Source: Camelus dromedarius
Lineage: Eukaryota
Length of the DNA stretch: 64,000 nucleotides
Assembly: GCF_036321535.1 (NCBI RefSeq)
Contig: NC_087437.1
Span: 48,486,001-48,550,000 of the forward strand
Direction of reading: 5' to 3'
A program made the translations under genes and the position numbers. Below are positions 51,760 to 64,000 of the stretch, in pieces; the stretch's first letter is position 1; each line of letters opens with the position of its first letter. The notes beneath the pieces are model-generated. The model was not told the DNA's origin, searched no databases, and worked only from the letters and a program-made list of their open reading frames with translations.

Positions 51760-52690
51760 GATGCTCAGCATTGCTAATTATTATAGAAATTCAAATGAAA
51801 ACCACAATGAGTTATCACCTCATACTGGTCACAATGGCTATTATCAAAAAGTCTATAAATAATAAATGCTGAAAAAGATATGGAGAAAAAGGAATCCTTG
51901 TACACTGTTGGTAGGAATGTAAATTGGTGCAGTCACTATGGAGAACAGTATGGATATTACTTTAAAAACTGAAAATAGAACTACCATATGATCCAGCAAT
52001 TCCACTCCTGGGTATATATCTAGAAAAGATGAAAACTCTAATTCTAAAAGATACATGCACCCCATGTTCACTGCAGCACTATTTACAACAGCCAAGACAT
52101 GGAAGAAACCCAAGTGCCTATCAACAGATGATTGGTTTAAGATGTCATATGTATGTGTGTGTGTGTGTGGGTGTGGGTGTGCGCGTGCACACGCACGCAC
52201 ACGTGTGTGTGTGAAATATTACTCAGCCATAAAAAAGAATGAATTACTGCCATTTGCAGCAACATGGATGGACTTAGAGAATATTATGCTTAGTGAAGTA
52301 AGTCAGACAGAAAAAGACAAATGCTATGTGATATCACTTATATGTAGAATCTAAAAAACAATACAAATGAATCTATATACAAAACAGAAACAGATTCACA
52401 AACACAGAAAATAAACTTATGGTTACCAAAGGAGAGAGGGAGGCAGGGAGTGACAAATTAAGAGTATGGGATTAACAGATACAAATTATTATACATAAAA
52501 AAGATAGGCAACAATGATACTATATAGCACAGAGAATTATAGCCACTATCTTGTAATAATCTATAATGGAATATAATCTGAAAAAAAGAGAATTATTATG
52601 CTGTATATCTGAAAAACTAACACAATATTGTAAATCAACTATTCTTCAACAAAAAAAATGATCTTGATAAAATAACAAAATAAAAATAAA
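51760..52690 (+). mobile_element. 5'-truncated LINE-1 (ORF2 C-terminus plus 3'UTR) with TSD
   Basis: ORF 52055-52354 (PMFTAALFTTAKTWKKPKC...FAATWMDLENIMLSEVSQ). TSD-like AAATTAATACTAATA / AAATAAAACTAATA. Confidence 0.93.
52148..52213. repeat. Alternating purine-pyrimidine (TG/CG/CA) tract in L1
   Basis: GTATGTGTGTGTGTGTGTGGGTGTGGGTGTGCGCGTGCACACGCACGCACACGTGTGTGTGTG. Confidence 0.9.
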
Positions 52691-53444
52691 TAAAACTAAT
52701 AAAAATTTATTTCAGGAACAGATGAAATAAAACTCAAATGAGGAAGCACAACTCAGCATCACTCAAATGGTTAAAATAGAATAGAAACTTCAAAAAAATT
52801 AGCAATTTTGTTAATGTCTAATCATGAAAATGGCTCTAAGTTTGTCTGATATTTTTAAAGTTATTTACATTGACAGGAAATTGCCTAATTATATTGCCAT
52901 AATTAAGTTTCAAAGTTTATAGAGAAACATTTTGTTTTATCAAAAAGAATGCTATTTGGATGAAAATGAAGGTAGTACCTATGAATGGCACAACGAAGTA
53001 TTTTGATAATACAGGTAAGAAGAGACATATTACAGTTTGCACTAAGGTTTTTGTTTTTGGGAATTTTTGTTTTGTTTTGTTTTATTTCTTAGTGAAGGCA
53101 CTGTACAGAAGGCTCCCTGGCTAGAATATGGTAATGCTTCTCATTATGACACAACTAATTAACTACTTTAAATAAGAGGAAATCTTTTATTTCAAATAAG
53201 TTTAAACCCTGTTCTGGTTTATGATAAATCTCAAAATGCTAAAAACTGTTACTCTAATTTACTCACTAAATACATTTACCTTCAGATGAACTCAATATAC
53301 AGTCTATTTATTTAAATAGCTATCCTGAATCTTACTTATATTACAGATCCATCAGTATCCTGGACCTCCCCCTAGAACCTTACCCCAACTTTCTCCTCTG
53401 TAAGTTATAGCTCTGGGTCTTTCACAACCTAATCTGCAGTATCA

Positions 53445-53575
53445 GTAAGGAAACCAAGTGTCCCAGTTGCCCAGGACAATTCTCATTTACACCTAACATT
53501 GCACAATTGAGAGCCCCTCCCTCCCTTTCACTTTAAAATAGTTTTGGTTTGGAAAATAAGTTATATGGTCACCAG
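53445..53575 (-). mobile_element. hAT-Blackjack MITE, MER94-like
   Basis: GTCCCAGTTGCCCAGGACA...CCCTTTCACTTT...GGTTTGGAAAATAAGTTATATGGTCACC. Confidence 0.65.
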
Positions 53576-54249
53576 TGTATAGAGAACACAAGAGCTTCAG
53601 CTATAGTCTTTGTAATGATTGTCATCATCATACTTTTTGACCAAATTAAGAAACTTACTAAGAACTATTTATGGCTTTCAAAGAAACTATGTCAGTTTTT
53701 AGTTACTTAATAGGAATCATCTCTTAACACTACTTAAATTTCATTCTTGTTGATAAAGATCTCAGATTTTTAATATTTCTCAAATGCCTTTTTTAAAAAA
53801 AAAACCTTGCAAACAACATTCTCTTGATAAGAATTAAAAAGAAAAAGCTTTCCTTTTAAACTTATACCTAAATAATATATTTTTGAGAAATTAGTATTTA
53901 GGAATATCAATAATGTCACTTATGCTTCTTTCACTTCACAAATATTGAGGATCAACATGTGGCAGTTACTCTGCTGAGCACTTTTTTGGGGTTGATGGCA
54001 AGGAAGGAGTGATGAGGGGAGAAATTTAAAACAAAATATAGAAACTTCCTGTTACAAATCCCATTAAAATGACATTAGAGGAGAACAAAGTAGACAAGGG
54101 ATGTCAGCAAACTTCGGAAGAGGGAAAGTCAACAGAGGAATAGGAACTGACAAAATGACTAGAAGTTGATATTTCAGCACTTTCAGGGTTGGATAAGAAG
54201 AAACAAGCCAATTCCTCCCACAGAATTCAAGTATAGAGGCAACAGAAAG

Positions 54250-54540
54250 CTTATAGGCCACATGTTTCTGTATAATGAGGATTCAAATAAAGAAAGAGGA
54301 AGAAATGAGAATTCAGGAAAAATAGGGGAACTGAGACAGGAAAATCTCAGGATGACAGCTTGCATCAGGCCAAAGAATAGCCATTCAGCTTGCTGCAGGA
54401 GACAGAGACCTTCAGGAAAAAATTCTGCAGAGCTGAAAAGAAAAAGGAACTGACAGAGTGTTTGGAATGGTGTTTGAATATGTGAAGAACTTGTTAATAG
54501 ACTTGACAGATACGATGAAGCATTTCTAAAAATTGGTAAA
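54250..54540 (+). mobile_element. HAL1 (half-L1) fragment
   Basis: AAAGAAAGAGGAAGAAATGAGAATTCAGGAAAAATAGGGGAACTGAGACAGG...CTCAGGATGACAGC matches the HAL1 post-ORF1 signature. Confidence 0.6.
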
Positions 54541-54576
54541 GGGCACAATATCAGTAACTCCCAATGTTAATAGGGG

Positions 54577-55084
54577 CAGCCAAGACATGGAAGCAACCCA
54601 AGTGTCCATCAACAGACAAATGGATAAAAAAAAAGTGCAGTATTATATTATGTGGAATATTACTCAGCCTTAAAAAAAGAAAGTCTGCCATTTGCAGCAA
54701 TGTGGATGGACCTAGAGAACATTATGCTTAATGAAATAAGTCAGACAAAGAAAGACAGATATTGTATGATATCATTTATATGTGGAATCTAAAAAATAAT
54801 ACAAATGAATGTATACGCAAAACAGAAACAGACTCAGACAGAGAAAACATTATGGTTACCAAAGGAGAGAGGAAAGTGGGGAGGGACAAATTAGGGGTAT
54901 GGGATTAACAAATACAAACTACTATATGTAAAATAGGTAAACAAGAAAGCTATACTGTATAGCACAGTAAATTATACCCATTATCTTACAATATCCTATA
55001 ATGGAATATAATCTGTAAAAATACTGAATCACTATGCTGTATACCTGAAAATAACACAATAATCAACTATACTTCAGCTAAAAA
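54577..55084 (+). mobile_element. 5'-truncated LINE-1 3' end
   Basis: CAGCCAAGACATGGAAGCAACCCAAGTGTCCATCAACAGAC...ACTATGCTGTATACCTGAAA...ACTATACTTCAG. Confidence 0.93.
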
Positions 55085-55089
55085 CAGGA

Positions 55090-55610
55090 GAAGAAGGCAT
55101 GGTTCTGTAGAATAGACCTGAACTAGAATGTAGGAAGCCTGAATGACTGTGCCAGCTCCACAACTGTGTGGTTGCAACATCTTGTTCAAGTCAGTCTTTC
55201 TGGTCCTCAGTTTATTCATCTATAAACCAAGAAGACTGCATTAGTTGATCCTTCTGCTTCTAATCCTAAAATTCTATTATTTGGATAATAGGCTTCAAGG
55301 TATTTCTATAGCTATCAATTTTATTTCAGTACTACCACATTCAACAAGTCTTTAATGAGCATTTTCAATGTGCCAAACAATGTTCTAGGTGCTTGGAATG
55401 CATCAATGAACAAACCAGATGAAGATTCTTGCCTTCATGGGGCTTATATTTTAGCTCACATCCTGTGAGGTAAATGTTATTTACATTTTTTCAGAGGAAG
55501 AGGTTTAAGGTCAGATGTAGGCAACTGTCCTAGATAAGTTAGTAGGAAGCAGAGTTAGGATTCAGAATCAGGGCTTCTGATTCACAAATTGTGCTCTTTC
55601 CATACTACAC
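55090..55610. mobile_element. MIR / L2 / MIR fragments
   Basis: CTCAGTTTATTCATCTATAAA; CATTCAACAAGTCTTTAATGAGC...TTGCCTTCATGGGGCTTATATTT; TTAGTAGGAAGCAGAGTTAGGATTCAGAATC. Confidence 0.65.
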
Positions 55611-56179
55611 ATATTGTAAAGGACATAATTCAGTAGGGAAACAACTATGAGAAAAATAGAAGCTGCTACTAATAGACGTGGCTATTAGATAACATTATCA
55701 TATGTTCTTATTTGAGGTCTTTGATGATGCTAATCATTTTTTTAAAGAAATGAAAACCCTAATGGCACTAAATAAGGAATAGGTCTTATGAAACAGATGG
55801 CTTAGCAGATGGTAGATTGCTCCTTTTCTTCTTGGCACCTCCTGCTGAAATAATGTGATATGCAGGGTGGTTAGGTATGTTTGACTTTTGGGGTCTTAAC
55901 TGGTAGACATTTCTGGAACAGATGCTGCTTCCTTATCCTGAGCTCAACAAATTCACAAGTACAATCTGCAGCATTTCCTTTGCTGGCACTCTTCTGATAT
56001 TGTGTCCAGTTTTATCAACTCTAATTAAAATATTTTACTTTGAAATACGGCCTAAAATGAGTCAGAAGTTTCAGGACAAGAAACCCAAAGAAATTACTGG
56101 AGGCCCCCGATTGCTCCCAAGAAGATGAATGACACTCATAACCTTTGAGTAAGAAACACTGCATTAAATATATCTTCCA

Positions 56180-56880
56180 AGCAATAGAATTTATTATGTA
56201 CAACAATAATGTGCAGGCTACTGGGACAGGTGCTGTGAGATATAAGGATGAGGAGATGTGATTTTGGTCTTCAACAATTTTACAGTATAGGAGGGGTTTA
56301 AATAAGCACATAAATCATTATAATGCAAGGAAGAGTGCGGTTAAGTGCTTTATGGGTGGGTCAAAGAGTGAGTTTGGGAATTCAGAGGAAGAGGAACTCA
56401 CTTTTTGGCTTGACTGTGATGGGCTAGGGCAGAGTAGAGTTAGAGTAAAAGAACTTGCTAGGGTCAGATTTTGCAGGATGATGAGCATTTCTGCAACTAG
56501 AAATGCCAGGGAAGATTTTCCAGATAGTGTGGGCTTAAGTGTGGAAGTAGGAATGTTTGCAGAGAAGTTATCAACTTTGACTAGAGCATGTAAGATATAT
56601 GGAGGAACTGGATGGTGATGGCCTTGCAAATCAAGACAAGCTATCTGAGCTTAGAACAGGTTATAACAGGCAATTATTGAAGGATTTTCTGCAAGAAGAT
56701 GACATGATCTATGTTTTAGCAAGCTGAGTTTCTCAGGGGTTGGGCTGGATTACAGGAGAGAGAAACAGAAGGCAGTGAGATCAATTAGATGGTTCTTATT
56801 ATAGCCCAGAGAAGAGATAATGAGGGCCTGAAGTAGATCTAGCACTCATTTCAAGACAATGAATAGGAGAGATGTTGAGT
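56180..56880 (-). mobile_element. LINE-2 fragments
   Basis: Purine-rich L2 antisense motifs (GGAATTCAGAGGAAGAGG, ATTATTGAAGGATTTTCTGCAAGAAGATGACATGATC, CCCAGAGAAGAGATAATGAGGGCCTGAA). Confidence 0.65.
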
Positions 56881-57789
56881 AAGTATTCACTATTATTTCC
56901 CCATTAAGAAGAGGAAAGTCTGTACCTTTTGTAATAATTGCAAACTAAGACTTGATCAAGGTTGCTGGGGACATTAACTAAATCACTAACTAAAATAGGA
57001 GCCCTGGGGTTCATTTTCTTTCCCCTAATTTCATAGACTTCTAGAGAAATTTTATATTTTGTATACATATCCAAATGATTTTAGGGTCTCTTGAGCATTG
57101 ATTTATTATTTAACTATAACCTAAAAGGTAGAAACCTAAAGCAGAATTCAAAATTAATTTTAAAAGGTTTCATATTATGTAATGTAAGGTATCTTCTGAT
57201 TCTTCACTGTGAATATGAGCACACAGTGTCATAAAAAGTAGGTGTTAGTAAATATTAAAAGATTTTCCTCTAACCAATCTTCTATCCAACAGAATTAATA
57301 AAATATATTAAAAATAAACTGAGTTTCTTGTAGGATGTGTCATCCAAGGGTTTTTTAAAAAGTGAATCTCTATCTTTTATAATTAAATCCCTAAGTAAAA
57401 GCAAATACATAAATAAAAATTGTGCATGGAATGATATGGGATAGAATTCAACACACGGGAAGGAATTCTTTCTTCAGAGTTCTGACACAATGTCAAGGAA
57501 TGGATCCAGGCTAATTTCCCCTGCGCCAGACGCAAAGGTGGAGAGTGGTCAGCTGTTGCCTAGAGCCTGTGAAAGGACTAAATCATGCCTATATGCTACT
57601 AAGTCATGTTCCAGTCCGTCCCCAAACTTCCAGGCCACCTCAGAGGAGTCATTTTTGCAACCCTAAATTTCAGCCAGCAGAAATAATGTTATTTCATACC
57701 CAAGGTTCTAGTCAAATACAATTATTCACTCTTCAGGACACCCTCCTGAATTCCCTATGAAATCCTTCTCACATCTTCACTGCAAGTAA

Positions 57790-57952
57790 TCTTTCCAACT
57801 CTAAGCCCTCATAGCACTCTGAGCTATTTCCTGACTTTTTAATATTATTTTCAGTACAGGTTATCTCCCTTATAAAATCGTAAGTTCCCTGAGGGCAGAG
57901 CCAGAGTCTTATTTTCATAGCTTCATGGTATCTAGCACTGAGTTCTTGCCAC
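57790..57952 (+). mobile_element. LINE-2 3' fragment
   Basis: GTAAGTTCCCTGAGGGCAGAGCCAGAGTCTTATTTTC...ATCTAGCACTGAGTTCTTGCCAC. Confidence 0.7.
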
Positions 57953-58570
57953 AAAAATCACACAAGAGGCACTGGTAAAGAAATGTCTAAGCCTCCATTT
58001 CACAAAGAGCACTCAATTGGTCCCTAAAAAAAAATTAAGAAAAAGAAATAGCTGGAAGACTCTTTAAAACTTACCAACTTAGGTAAAATTGGATGAAATC
58101 TGGGTCTCAGTGTTAATTACCATCACCCAGATCTATCTCAGGCTGGATCAACACTTCTTAAGTAGGATCAGGACTGTGGATTTCATGTTACTCTTCCTCC
58201 CACCTCACCATCTTTTCCCCTCACCTAGGCCTCCATTATAGTTTATAGAATGAATAATACAACATTGACCAAGTATTTTCTTTTTCAAAAACTGAAGTTT
58301 TCTTTTTAAATAATCTGGTTTTGCCCTTTTTAGCTCATCGTTCCCTGCCTCTATCACAATAACCTTTTCCTTTAACAAAGATCTCTGCTCTCACAGGAAG
58401 CAATCATTACATTTTGAACTATAAATGGAAAAATAATGGTATTATATTGCATTATGGAGCTTCTGCCGAAATTGCTACTTCTCGGGAATTGAACGTATAC
58501 TGGGACTTTCTGTCTCTTCACAGTGTCTGTTGTATTAATCCTGGCAAAGTGCTACAGGCTTCCATCTCAC

Positions 58571-58794
58571 CCGTTTTAAGTCTGTTTGTGTAGCACTTTA
58601 TATTTAGTGTCTTAAACCTAGTGTAATTGCACTGAAGTTGCCAGACAGTGTGGGTGATAGATGGACTGCCACGGGTTAGTTTCCTATAGACTCTGACCCA
58701 AGGCCTTTAATTTGCTTGCCAGTTCCTCTCTCACTCATGTCTTTGACCACACTGGGAACCAATAACAAAGAGGAACATCCTAGGCCCTCTCTAA
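58571..58794 (-). pseudogene. Candidate decayed exon
   Basis: Acceptor tttatcag|, donor CGG|gtgaga. Frame reads ...SSLLLVPSVVKDMSERGTGKQIKGLGSESIGN*PVAVHLSPTLSGNFSAITLGLRH*I*SATQTDLKR. Confidence 0.3.
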
Positions 58795-59066
58795 CTGATA
58801 AATTTTACTGTGCACAGGTAATATGATGTTAAAACAATCAAATTAAAATTAGAAATACAAAAAAAATTTAAGCCTGGTTAAGGCCAAAGGGTTACTCAAT
58901 CCAGCATCTGTTTTCCTTCACAGCTGACAGCACCACTGAGAAAATATTCAAGGTTTAGGAAATATCCTTCAAAGCTTGAATTATTGATAGTTTCTATCTT
59001 TCAACTCAAAGAGTTGTTGAGGCATTATTCAGTTCTACTGGACCATTAGCTGAAGGTTCAAATTAC

Positions 59067-59265
59067 CTGTAGTATTCATACACAACCTTGCAATTTCTAT
59101 GGGACCTTTTTCTACATTGATTAAATGTGTCACTTGTATATTCATTTTGTCTCAAAATTTCCCCATGAAAGGCATCAGAGCCATTAGGTAACTCACAACA
59201 GTTCTTAACACAAATAAGTAACAATAACGCTGAACAGTTAGGCAGAGCTGTTCTCACTTGCTGAC
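59067..59265 (-). pseudogene. Candidate exon with an open frame
   Basis: Donor CAG|gtaatt. Frame is open throughout (QQVRTALPNCSALLLLICVKNCC...CKVVYEYY; ORF track 59063-59257). The acceptor lacks a pyrimidine tract. Confidence 0.3.
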
Positions 59266-59364
59266 CTACATTTCTTTTTACTTAAAACCTTAAGATGGTT
59301 TCACCCTCTTCTGTGGCTCAGACTTTTGACTATGCTAAATAAGAACAGTGCAGAATATTTATCG

Positions 59365-59600
59365 TTATTAAGAACATGGCATTTGGAACAAGACTACCTA
59401 GGTTTAAATCCCAGCCCTGCTATTAACTGGATCTGGGAGAGAGCTTAGGCAACTGACTTACATTTCCATGACTTAGTTTCCTGTCAACTTAGAATTAACA
59501 ACCTATTTACTTGTAAGCTTGTTGTGAAGAGTTAAGATCCATATGTAATTGTACGTAAAGTCCTTAAACAGTGCTTAACCCATAGTATACTTTTTGTCTA
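59365..59600 (+). mobile_element. MIR SINE
   Basis: TTAAGAACATGGCATTTGGAAC...GGTTTAAATCCCAGCCCTGCTATTAACTG...GTAAAGTCCTTAAACAGTGC. Confidence 0.8.
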
Positions 59601-60720
59601 ATAGAGCTAGCTTTATTGTGAGACAACTCACTTAAATATAAGTGATATCATAGGTTGTGTGATTTGGTAGCTTTCTGGTCCTTACTGAATCTCTAGCCAG
59701 TTGTCAAAAAACTGGATTTCCTATTGTTCGGGAGGTGAAAAGGATTTAGGCCTTTGATAATCTCAGCCATGCCTATGTAACCCAGGTATCATTTGAGTTC
59801 ACAATGCCTTTTAGTTGTAAATAAAATCAGAAAGACTATCCTCTACCCCAAGTGCTATGTGAAGTCCAGTGACATCTGCTAATTCTCATTGACAGCTCCA
59901 AATCTCTGATTTTTATGTCTCTCAGTTCTTATAGCTATTCTCTTCTTACTGCTCTAAACCAAATCCAGTCTGGGACTCTGCTTGATTTCCTTGATTCCTT
60001 CTCCAAACTACTCACTCGAGGTACATTTCTATAGTAGACTTGAATGAAAGTTTGGGCTCACATTGGTGTATTCAATATATTACTGTTCAGTGAACCATGT
60101 TCCCTGGAGTTGTGTACTAAGGGGGTTTACATAGAGCAATACAAACAATTTCAGTTGGAATATTAGTCACATGTAGTCTCGGACATTATTAACCACCCCA
60201 CAGCTGTAATGTCCTATTTCCTCCAGAGCCTGCAGGTTCCTGCCACATGGTCTAGAAGCCTCTCCCCCCACAACACAGACACCTTTATCTGCCTCCTTTT
60301 CTTCGTCTTTTTTTTCCCCACCTACACCCAGGTATCCCTATTCATTTCTTATTCATGCTCTCCCTGAGGGCATCACCTTCCACCTAAAAAAGCAATTTCT
60401 GAAGGCACTTTTCTAAACTAGGTAGTTCCCTTCTAAAACAGGAATCCTGATATCAGTTAATAAAATATTATTTTCTCTGTTATATTTATATAATGTTTTT
60501 ATCAACGCAAAAATATGGATTCAAATATATACTTAATTCAATCTATTTCACAAATATTTATTGAGCTCTCGTAGCAGTTTTCAGGAAATCCAGAGTTGTC
60601 AATCATGGACACTGCCCTGGAGAGATTTAGCTCTTTTTATCCACTACAAGTACTATGTCAAAAGGGATAAATGATACGAGACATTAAGATGATGCTATCA
60701 GCATTTAGATGTAGATTAAC

Positions 60721-60963
60721 CCTATTTGAACAGGCTCAGGAAAATGTATTCAAGAGTTACTAATTCCATGTTCAATTTTGAAACAGTTGGTTGTAAGTCA
60801 GTGAACCAGACAGACAATCTAGCAATACAAAGGAGAATACTAAAGGACATGTTTCTTTCAGGGATGTTACAAATTATTATAACTTTGAGCTTTACATGCA
60901 AAGTAATATCAGATGGTTTATAAAGAACTAAAGTTTTGCCATCTGCAAATTCCATGTAAATTC
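60721..60963 (-). pseudogene. Candidate exon
   Basis: Non-repetitive. One frame is open almost throughout (ORF 60722-60955); another reads FVTSLKETCPLVFSFVLLDCLSGSLTYNQLFQN. Splice sites weak. Confidence 0.25.
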
Positions 60964-62229
60964 CTAGCCCACTCTAAGCATATAACTAAGGCAAAATAAT
61001 AATGACTGTTCAGGCAAAATATGTATATTAAGAAAGAAGATAAATAAACATGCAAGGAAGTTAACTTATAAGATGATTTTTTAAAGTATTAAATACAAAA
61101 ATACATGATTAAGTTTTATATTTAATTAGGTAATTTGATTTTTTTCATTATTTTGGCAGAAAGATGATCAAAATGAAATGATTCTGCTAAATAAAGAGGA
61201 CACCAACAGGGGAAAAACAACACTCTCTGTAATCAAGTTTAAGGAGAGAACAATGAAAACAATGGCCTGTGATTACAAGGCAGAAAAGATGGGGACATGG
61301 GAAGAACTCACTACTAAAGCAAATTAAGTCATTAATCTTCCGACTATTGAAATAACATAGCCATGTGAGTTAGCTATCTAACTTGGTATCACTAATGATA
61401 ACTGTTCTACACAGGTGTCAAAAAAGAGACTTTTAGATATTGGTTTCATTTTTTTTCCCTATGTTATCAGCTGTTGGCTTTTAGGGTCTCCTTTTGGATG
61501 CAGAAAATTTCAAAGACAGATTTTAAGAGGTAAACTTTTCACTAAGAACAAGCATCTCTGCTTCTACAATTGTATCTGGTGGTAAAATAGCATACATGCT
61601 TTCAACATTAAATAAATATTTATTAAGTGCCCACCCTGTGACAGCACTGTCCTAGGGGTTGATTGGACTTTAGGAAACCAGATGGTCTCCACCCTCCTAG
61701 AGCTCATGTTTAGTGAAGGAGGGCCTATTTTCATACTAAGCAGCCCTGTTTCTTTTCTGCACAACTCTAAATAGAAAAACTTTTTCTTTTATTGAACTAA
61801 AGCCTGTCTCCTTAAAAACTTTTATCCATCATGCCTTCTGGAATCATGAAAAATGAATAGAATCTGTCCTAAACCTTATTCTACAGGCAGAAGAGGCCTT
61901 TGAGAATTTACTTTATCAAAGCCATTAAAAAAAGTTAATGACAGGGCCAAATACAGGATCCGGTAGCGTATCATTAGTAAATTCCTTCTTAGTTAAAATC
62001 ATTCTCCATACTAAAAAAAAAATCACAGAAACATGTTCATTGTGATAAAAAAAAAACAAACTGAAATATATACCAGCAAAAGAAAGGTTAAGAAAGATGG
62101 TATATTCATTTCATGCAATATTATGCAAACACTGACTTTAATTTAACTGTTTACCCAAGAGTGTGTAATAATATAGGGACTTTCATAATGTAGAATATTA
62201 AATGAGAAAAAAATTCTAGACAGACCAAA

Positions 62230-63540
62230 TAGTTGCTTATTGAACATGAATCTACCTCCATTCCCTCACAAAATGCCAATAAAGTAATTTTTAAGTCATA
62301 AAATCAAAAGCACAAAGAATATGGGAAAGAAGAAGCCAGTAGACAGGAGAAAATAAAAATAAAATTCTGAATTTGAGAAATAACCAATTTAATAGAACAA
62401 AAAGATATGGCTGAGGGAGCCAAAACATTAGTGATTTACACTGAATAATCCCAGAAAGACTCAAAGACGGAAAATAGTACTAAAGGTACGGGTACAGGTG
62501 GGACAAAAAAAACAGAAGGATTAGCTGGAATCTATACATAGATGTGTAAATACATACTTATTTTTATTTAAAAGGAGGGAAAAATAAACCAAAAAAAGGA
62601 AAAGAGAAAAATGCCTTCAAAATTCTGAAGAAAAAAATATTCTCTACCTAGATATCTGTGCCTGGAAACTGTTAATCAAGAGTGAAGGCAAAATAAGAGC
62701 ATTTTCAGACATACAAAGTCTCAAAGAGTATACTTCCATAAATTATTTCTCAGGAAGCCACAGAGGGGTATGTTCCACCAAAACAAGGGAATAAACCTAC
62801 AAATAGGAAAACGTGAAATCTAGAAAAAAAAAAAAAAGGATCTCATTCAGGAAGAAGGTGAGGATAATCCTTAAGATGACTGTGAAGGGAAGAAAGTCCT
62901 GGGGCCAGCTGAGCTTTGGGCTCAGAGGTCAGATTGTTCCAGATAAGTCACCAAGATAATCATACAAATATTTCACCAAGAAAACAATGAAACTGAGGCA
63001 TTGGTTTATGTGTTTGAATCAATTGATAATTTACTTAATGACAAGCACATTAAAAAACTAAGCACAGAAAAAAGATCTCCCCTGAAAACAAAAAATTTCA
63101 CAAGAAAGGAAATATGATAATAGGACACGGAAGAGCAGAACTGTAAATAAAATTTATATAATCATCATAGTAATAGAGACAGTAAATGTTTATTTAACCA
63201 AAAATTTGTGACCTAACAATATGGGAGAAAACAAAGTAGATGTGGATAGGCGGGGGTTGGGTGAGGGGTAATGCTGGAGCGAGAGAGCAAATTCTCATCT
63301 TCCATAACAGAAAGTCAATAGATCTAGAAAGTCATGTCATCAAAGAAAAATCTATTATTGTAATTACAAAAGTAAATTCCAAAAGAAACAGCAAAAACAG
63401 TCGAAAACAGTTGCTTCTGGTATTGAGAACAGGGCAAGGGACTGCTAATTTTCATTATGAGTCTTGAAGAATAATTTGATAAATTTTTTTTAAAATAAAT
63501 GATATTTGCATATTTTTTGGACTTAATAAAAATTAAATCT
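62230..63540 (+). mobile_element. HAL1 / old L1ME-type element
   Basis: AATGCCTTCAAAATTCTGAAG...CATTTTCAGACATACAAAGTCTCAAA...GTTCCACCAAAACAAGGGAATAAACC...GATGACTGTGAAGGG. Confidence 0.75.
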
Positions 63541-64000
63541 AAAAATGACCTCTAAACACATTACACAGAAGTCCCAAAACTAAGGGCAAGAAATGTACAA
63601 TCTGTAGGGTAGGCTGGCCAGCTGGAGACTCAGACAAATGTCAATGAAGTTTATATTTAGATTATTTTTTCTGGGTGGTTCAAATTTTCTTTCATGAATA
63701 TATACTACTGTTATAACAAAACAATTAAAATAAAAAGGAACCAAATTGAGCATGATTTGTTCTTTGAACCCCTGATGTTTCCTAATATTGAACACATTAT
63801 TTCTATGTACATAATAATCTACTCTTCAATTCTCTTCCAGATTCTTCTAGGAATTGTTAAATTCATTATTCTATTCCCAGAAGATATATCCCTCCATCCA
63901 CATCTAACAGACAGACAGACAGACACACACACACCTTTAACAATTTAAATAGTTGTTACCCATCTCTGCATCCTGTCCATCCCCATTCTATAGGGCCCTT

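Larger units (their letters stand above)
50700..53000 (+). mobile_element. Ancient hAT-Charlie transposase relic, interrupted by L1
   Basis: GGATTCGGAATCCTTT at ~51033 resembles the WIRNPF motif; ACATTTCCTGTTATATAC at ~51666 resembles FPxTYLCE of the hAT dimerisation domain. Boundaries approximate. Confidence 0.5.

Noticed and set aside
54183..54548. 121-aa minus-strand ORF
   Set aside because: It is the antisense of a purine-rich HAL1 remnant; the Leu/Phe/Ser bias is compositional.
1..64000. Prokaryote-type systems (CRISPR arrays, operons, rRNA)
   Set aside because: The sequence is mammalian and repeat-rich; I saw no regularly spaced repeat-spacer arrays, long ORFs or rRNA-like sequence.

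Overview
This is AT-rich, repeat-dense mammalian genomic DNA, most likely camelid (two tRNA-Ala-like SINEs resembling the camelid Vic-1 family, plus cetartiodactyl-type L1 3' ends). I see no intact protein-coding gene. Most ORFs in the track come from LINE-1, Tigger, CR1, HAL1 or LTR remnants, or are chance ORFs. Most of the window is transposable-element relics: young and old L1, L2, MIR, CR1/L3, MaLR/ERVL/MER41-like LTRs, Tigger and hAT. Family names are from recognition by eye and subfamilies are tentative. Four things stand out. (1) A ~600 bp L1 ORF2 segment is shared almost identically, including private mutations and the same start point, by two structurally different L1 copies 4.6 kb apart; this suggests local gene conversion or templated repair, or else an assembly artefact. 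(2) Non-repetitive, exon-like islands with minus-strand splice signals run from ~61 kb to ~8.8 kb and may be a decayed multi-exon gene or a spliced lncRNA; I could not identify it. (3) Two L1 insertions are 5'-inverted (twin-primed), and one L1 is complete at both ends but internally deleted. (4) An unusually long CR1/L3 relic carries five nested insertions.
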